Both the position numbers and the translations under genes were made by a program. A stretch of 32,000 nucleotides of DNA from an uncultured bacterium. GTDB lineage: Bacteria; Margulisbacteria; WOR-1; CAVSGV01. The notes beneath the pieces were generated by a model. The model was not told the origin of the DNA, searched no databases, and worked only from the letters and a program-made list of their open reading frames with translations. Below are positions 27,725-32,000 of this stretch, piece by piece. The stretch's first letter is position 1, and every line of letters starts with the position of its first letter. The stretch lies in assembly GCA_963699255.1 (NCBI GenBank), contig OY969425.1:450001-482000 (forward strand). The letters run 5' to 3'.

Positions 27725-28480
27725 ATGTTTATTAAAAAAGCTTTAGTTTTATTAATTGTTATACTTATTCCTTCTGTCGTGTATGCCGCAGACATTTCCG
27801 CTGAGGGGCTGATAGCTAAATTGAAGGATACACGAGCTCTCATTCTTGACCTCCAGGCGGATACCAAAACAACAATTACTTCAAACATCTCAATTCCCGG
27901 AGCGCCGTCAAAAGGGCCACAGACGGTAACACAAATTGGCCATATCTGGCAGAAGGGCAGTGACAAGTCGAAGGTTGAGATAACAAGTCCAATGAAGCAG
28001 ATCACTATCACCAAGGGTTCGATCATGACGATGATCAGCCCGGATACGGGACAAAAAGTGACGCAAGATTTGAGCAAGGGGTTAGGGGCTGGGGGACAGG
28101 GGATGGATGCTACCAAGGCGTTGGATTATTTTAATTTGACGGTAAGCACTAACGAGGCTGGAACTGGGGAAGCAAAAGTGTATGTGATATCCGGCACGCC
28201 GAAAGAGGCGAATCAATTCCTTGGCAGGATGGATTTCTTCATTGATGCCGAAAAATATATTCCGATCCGCATCGCGATGTATACGCCGCAGGGTGCTCTT
28301 ATGTCGCTTTCGGAGATGGAGTATGAACCGATAGAAGTATCAACAGGCGAGACAGTATATGTGCCAAAGAGGATCAAGTCCGTTGTAACAATGCAGATGG
28401 GATCGATAAATACGGAAATGGAGTATGAGAATATTCAGGTGAATCAGGGGATCGAGGATGACGTGTTTGAAGCGCAATAG
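27725..28480 (+). CDS. Periplasmic/outer-membrane lipoprotein-sorting (LolA-fold)-like protein
   Basis: Signal peptide MFIKKALVLLIVILIPSVVYA; VTQIGHIWQKGSDKSKVEITSPMKQITITKGSIMTMISPDTGQKV... DFFIDAEKYIPIRIAMYTPQG pattern of LolA-like proteins. Confidence 0.65.
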   Translation: MFIKKALVLLIVILIPSVVYAADISAEGLIAKLKDTRALILDLQADTKTTITSNISIPGAPSKGPQTVTQIGHIWQKGSDKSKVEITSPMKQITITKGSIMTMISPDTGQKVTQDLSKGLGAGGQGMDATKALDYFNLTVSTNEAGTGEAKVYVISGTPKEANQFLGRMDFFIDAEKYIPIRIAMYTPQGALMSLSEMEYEPIEVSTGETVYVPKRIKSVVTMQMGSINTEMEYENIQVNQGIEDDVFEAQ

Positions 28481-28481
28481 C

Positions 28482-28545
28482 AATCAACGAATGACTCAAA
28501 AAATATATGAATGGAGGTAAATCTCTTACTATTCGTTGATTCGTT
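28482..28545. repeat. Inverted repeat AATCAACGAAT / ATTCGTTGATT in the spacer, second arm extended (ATTCGTTGATTCGTT)
   Basis: 28482-28492 is the exact reverse complement of 28531-28541. 28531-28545 is the exact reverse complement of 23280-23294. Confidence 0.7.
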
Positions 28546-28583
28546 TGGATTCGATGATAGCTGTAATTGAAGGAGGAAAAAGT

Positions 28584-29342
28584 ATGAAAAAGTTTCTATT
28601 GTCCCTCTGCTTCTGTTTGCTCCTTGTTCCGTCAGTTTATGCAGGCACCAATGAAGCATGGCTTCCCTGGACGCCTGTCCAAGCGTCGCTAATTTCCCCG
28701 ATAGCATTGCCCCCGATGACTGATAATGTATATGGAGCAAGAGGGAATCTTATATACGGCTGGAATAAAAGAGTGATCGGCTTTGATGCGGGAGTGATCC
28801 AGCATTCTGAAAGGACGACCGGGTTCCAGATGGGTATGCTTGCAAATATTTCAGGAACGATGGAAGGTATTGCTATGCCGTTTTCCGTGTTCCCCTGCAT
28901 AAATGTTTCGCGCGATTTCGCAGGCCTGCAATTGTCTTACATATGTAATTATTCCGATAATATTACTGGATTCCAGGGAATACCGATCTTCAATGTTGCA
29001 AAAAACGTGTCCGGAATTCAGATCGCTTTTATAGTCAATAACGCGCAAGACGTGTGTTTCTGGCAATCTGCGTTTCTTGCTAATATTTCCGAGAACTTAT
29101 CCGGATATCAGGGGGGCTTCTCGAATACCGTGAATAATGAAATGATCGGATGGCAATCCGGACTTGCGATCAATAACGCGAAGAAAATGAGCGGTTTGCA
29201 GAACTCGTGGCTTCTTAACAGGGCAAAAGAACTTCACGGCATCCAGTTCGGCGCGATAAATTACACTGAGGAGATCAATGGAATTCAAATCGGTTTGATA
29301 AATATTAATAAGAACAGGATATTGCCGTTTATTAATTTTTAA
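28584..29342 (+). CDS. Exported protein built from 15-residue G-x-Q-centred tandem repeats (surface-repeat-like)
   Basis: Signal peptide MKKFLLSLCFCLLLVPSVYA. From residue 114: GLQLSYICNYSDNIT/GFQGIPIFNVAKNVS/GIQIAFIVNNAQDVC/FWQSAFLANISENLS/GYQGGFSNTVNNEMI/GWQSGLAINNAKKMS/GLQNSWLLNRAKELH/GIQFGAINYTEEIN/GIQIGLININ. AGGAGG SD; ATG at 28584. Confidence 0.8.
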   Translation: MKKFLLSLCFCLLLVPSVYAGTNEAWLPWTPVQASLISPIALPPMTDNVYGARGNLIYGWNKRVIGFDAGVIQHSERTTGFQMGMLANISGTMEGIAMPFSVFPCINVSRDFAGLQLSYICNYSDNITGFQGIPIFNVAKNVSGIQIAFIVNNAQDVCFWQSAFLANISENLSGYQGGFSNTVNNEMIGWQSGLAINNAKKMSGLQNSWLLNRAKELHGIQFGAINYTEEINGIQIGLININKNRILPFINF

Positions 29343-29374
29343 GATCAAAAATGTCCGTAATAAAAGGTAATAAT

Positions 29375-30556
29375 ATGAAAAGATTGATTTTCACAGTGTT
29401 AACGATATTAATGGTTTCCAGCGCCATATGGCTTTTATCCGGTTGCGGATCTAATCCGACGGGAGGGGGAGGCGGAGGAAGGAGTGTTCCCAATAGTGGG
29501 TTGCCATTAGTATATGTCTCTACCACTGGAAGTGATGAAACTGGCACTGGGACGTCAGAGTTGCCTTATAAAACAATTCAAAAGGGCCTTATGAAAGTTG
29601 CTTCAGGAGGCTTGGTAAGTGTAGAGGCTGGGATATACACTGAAAATATTACATGGTGTGCCAATGCAAATGTTACCCTTAGAGGAGCATCTTATGAAAC
29701 AACAAGCATCGATGGTAACTTTTCAGGAATGTGTGTGAATATCTACAACACGTCAAATGTTAAAACAGCGACTATAGAGAGTTTTACTATCATGAAAGGA
29801 CATGCAGTTAATAAAGGAGGTGGAATATGCCTACATGGGAATGCGATGACATTATATCTAAATAATTGCATTATTAAGGATTGCTCAGCAGAAGGCTATC
29901 CCAATGGAGGGGGAATTGCTATTTTTGATTGGCCAACTCTTTTAGAAGCAACAAATTGCAAAATAATAAATAATAATAGTGATCTCTATTACGGAGTAGG
30001 TGGGATATTGTGCGAGGGCATTCTAAATCTATCAAAGTGTGAGGTTTCTGGCAACACAGGAGGGTTCGGTGGGGGTGTTGTATGTTTATATAATGGCAAA
30101 ATATCAAATTGTTTGATAACCAATAATATCGCGGGTGGGATATCTCTTTTCGATTATTATGGGATGAGTGTCGATGTTGTTAATTGTACAATTGCATCAA
30201 ATGAATCACAAGGTAGTTATACTCCAGGAAGAGGTGTTTATTCTTATTATAGTTTAAGTAAAATAATTAATTGTATAATTTGGGGTAATGTATCTCAAAT
30301 TAGCGTCGCGACTGATAATTATGGTGATCCATATGGAACATTAACAGTTAATAATTGTGATGTCCAAGGTGGCTATACAGGCGTTGGCAATGTTGATGCA
30401 GATCCCTGTTTTTCATCAGGTTCCGATTTTCATTTAACAAGCAGTTCCCCTGCAATTGCAACGCAGGGTGGCACACAAGAGGGTTGCCCAGCTTGTGACT
30501 ATGATGGGCATACAAGAACATATCCATATTCGATGGGAGCATATGAATATGATTAA
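29375..30556 (+). CDS. Parallel beta-helix repeat lipoprotein
   Basis: Lipobox-like WLLSGCGSN, glycine-rich linker GGGGGG, then VYVSTTGSDETGTGTSELPYKTIQKGLMKVASGGLVSVEAGIYTENI (DUF1565/beta-helix start) and repeats ISNCLITNNIAGG, VDVVNCTIASNES, IINCIIWGNVSQI. Confidence 0.85.
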   Translation: MKRLIFTVLTILMVSSAIWLLSGCGSNPTGGGGGGRSVPNSGLPLVYVSTTGSDETGTGTSELPYKTIQKGLMKVASGGLVSVEAGIYTENITWCANANVTLRGASYETTSIDGNFSGMCVNIYNTSNVKTATIESFTIMKGHAVNKGGGICLHGNAMTLYLNNCIIKDCSAEGYPNGGGIAIFDWPTLLEATNCKIINNNSDLYYGVGGILCEGILNLSKCEVSGNTGGFGGGVVCLYNGKISNCLITNNIAGGISLFDYYGMSVDVVNCTIASNESQGSYTPGRGVYSYYSLSKIINCIIWGNVSQISVATDNYGDPYGTLTVNNCDVQGGYTGVGNVDADPCFSSGSDFHLTSSSPAIATQGGTQEGCPACDYDGHTRTYPYSMGAYEYD

Positions 30557-30601
30557 CGTTTCTTCATATTTTCGATTATATTATGAAAGGAAGTATTCTA
30601 A

Positions 30602-31093
30602 ATGAATAAACTGATCCGATCGATCACCCCGGTTGTGCTAGTCTTGTTTGTTTCCGTCTTTGTTTGTCCATGCTGGGCAAAAGAAGGAGATATAACGGCA
30701 AAGGTTGAGATGCAAGGCGGAGTTGATCAAGGCACAATATTTGTAATGAAAGCGAGCTTATTCCGAGAAGATGCTTCGGGTATGAAGAATCCAATCTTAG
30801 AAAACAACGCCATTAGGATTGAGGTTCCTGATGGATTCAATGTTCGAAGCGAAACAATTTCAACCACCAACGAAGGACAACACATATATCAGATAGTTGC
30901 CCCAATAAATGAAAAAGAGTATCCCATCACATTAATATTCGACAATCAAAAAGAAGCCCCTTTGAGATTCGGCTATAAGATCAAAGTTGTTAATCCAGGA
31001 TCATACTATATGCAATTAGCGATAGGTTTTGGAGTGGTAATATTACTGTTGATCGGCTTAAAAGTGTTTTGCGATTCTTTTATAATAAAATGA
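30602..31093 (+). CDS. Hypothetical exported protein with a C-terminal TM segment
   Basis: Signal peptide MNKLIRSITPVVLVLFVSVFVCPCWA and C-terminal MQLAIGFGVVILLLIGLKVFC. Confidence 0.7.
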   Translation: MNKLIRSITPVVLVLFVSVFVCPCWAKEGDITAKVEMQGGVDQGTIFVMKASLFREDASGMKNPILENNAIRIEVPDGFNVRSETISTTNEGQHIYQIVAPINEKEYPITLIFDNQKEAPLRFGYKIKVVNPGSYYMQLAIGFGVVILLLIGLKVFCDSFIIK

Positions 31094-32000
31094 AAACAAA
31101 ATTAACTTTATTATTAATGATGTTTATGCTGCTGTTTTTAAGCAAAGCATTTTTTAGTTGTTATGGCGTAGAATCAGTAATCAAACCCTCACCCAATTAT
31201 TTAGTAATTTTGGTTCACGGTATAGCTGAAACCAGCGATATATTTGATGATGATGGTAGCGGTCATCTAAAACCTTATCTAGAAGATTCCCTAAGTCTTC
31301 CAGGCTATGTCTATGCTTACGATTTTAATGATAACAAAGGATCAAATGTTGTCGCCGCAGATGAACTAGGCAATCAGTTTATCCCTCGGGCATTAAATGA
31401 TTTTAAAGCATGGTATGCCAGTAAAAACCACATAGCAGTTAATGATATCCCGCAAAATGTTATCCCTCAAAAAGTCGTTTTAATAGCCAAGAGTGAGGGC
31501 GGCCTAGCTTCCAGAGTGTACCTGACTTCCAATTATTATCATGATAATGTAAGAAAGCTCATCACATTGGATACCCCTCATCTAGGCTCAGATGCGGTAA
31601 CTTACAAAAAGCTACTATATACACCGGAGAATGTTGCCATGACTATGGCATATGCTGGTGTTGGCTTGGGATACATAATATTGCAAATGCAGGCACATAC
31701 AGCTTCCTTTGCGGATATATATTTTGATGGCGCGATATTTGCAGGGATTGTATCGCCAACAGAGCAGTTCATTTTAAAAGATTTTGTTGCAAAATGGGGC
31801 GATCCTGCCCTAGATGAGATGGACCCGGAAGGGGATTTTATTAAGCATTTGAAAGGTGCTGAAGTCCTCCCAAATAAATCGCCGATTGAATACCGATTGG
31901 TTTCTGCGCATGGCTTTCCATCTCCGGATATAGAAGGGATTAAAAGCTTTTATTTGCTTAAAGGAATTCCTCTAATTAATGCCATTGCAACCCCTTTTGA
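31090..32000 (+). CDS. Alpha/beta hydrolase (lipase/PGAP1-like), partial, runs off the right edge
   Basis: Not in the ORF track. ATG at 31090 (ATGA overlap) is open to the end: ...NYLVILVHGIAETSDIFDDDG...VVLIAKSEGGLASRVYLTSNYYHDNVRKLITLDTPHLGSD... Confidence 0.78.
   Translation, partial: MKTKLTLLLMMFMLLFLSKAFFSCYGVESVIKPSPNYLVILVHGIAETSDIFDDDGSGHLKPYLEDSLSLPGYVYAYDFNDNKGSNVVAADELGNQFIPRALNDFKAWYASKNHIAVNDIPQNVIPQKVVLIAKSEGGLASRVYLTSNYYHDNVRKLITLDTPHLGSDAVTYKKLLYTPENVAMTMAYAGVGLGYIILQMQAHTASFADIYFDGAIFAGIVSPTEQFILKDFVAKWGDPALDEMDPEGDFIKHLKGAEVLPNKSPIEYRLVSAHGFPSPDIEGIKSFYLLKGIPLINAIATPF

Overview
The window reads as an ordinary bacterial chromosome segment, probably from an uncultivated or candidate-phylum lineage (inferred from gene content only). 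Left to centre it carries: a minus-strand sugar and amino-acid block (GtrA-like, rfbG, rfbF, thrC), an orphan HEYVH-containing protein, hisS-aspS, a LOG-family protein, an FGE/SUMF1-domain protein, a divergent RelA/SpoT-domain protein, purA, queC, an Amj-like lipid II flippase, a four-helix-bundle (IVP-like) protein and ribF. Next come two membrane histidine kinases, with an SDR/epimerase gene between them that is split by a probable 1-nt frameshift. The right third (23.5-32 kb) is an envelope/secretion gene set: a 1064-aa beta-helix protein with a FlgD/T9SS-like C-terminus, a PorV/UPF0164-like outer-membrane protein, a LolA-fold-like protein, a protein made of exact 15-residue repeats, a beta-helix lipoprotein, a C-terminally anchored protein and a truncated alpha/beta hydrolase. 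I found no convincing defence system, CRISPR array, transposase, reverse transcriptase, rRNA or tRNA. The best leads are: (i) short quasi-periodic intergenic repeat blocks, including two with exact 4x7-nt arrays; (ii) tandem 17-nt dyads upstream of the secreted-protein gene; (iii) a kinase with two consecutive multi-TM sensor modules; (iv) the 15-aa repeat protein; (v) the T9SS-like cargo/PorV pair; (vi) the divergent RSH protein next to an FGE-domain protein; (vii) the frameshifted SDR gene. All functions are assigned by motif recognition; no database search was run.
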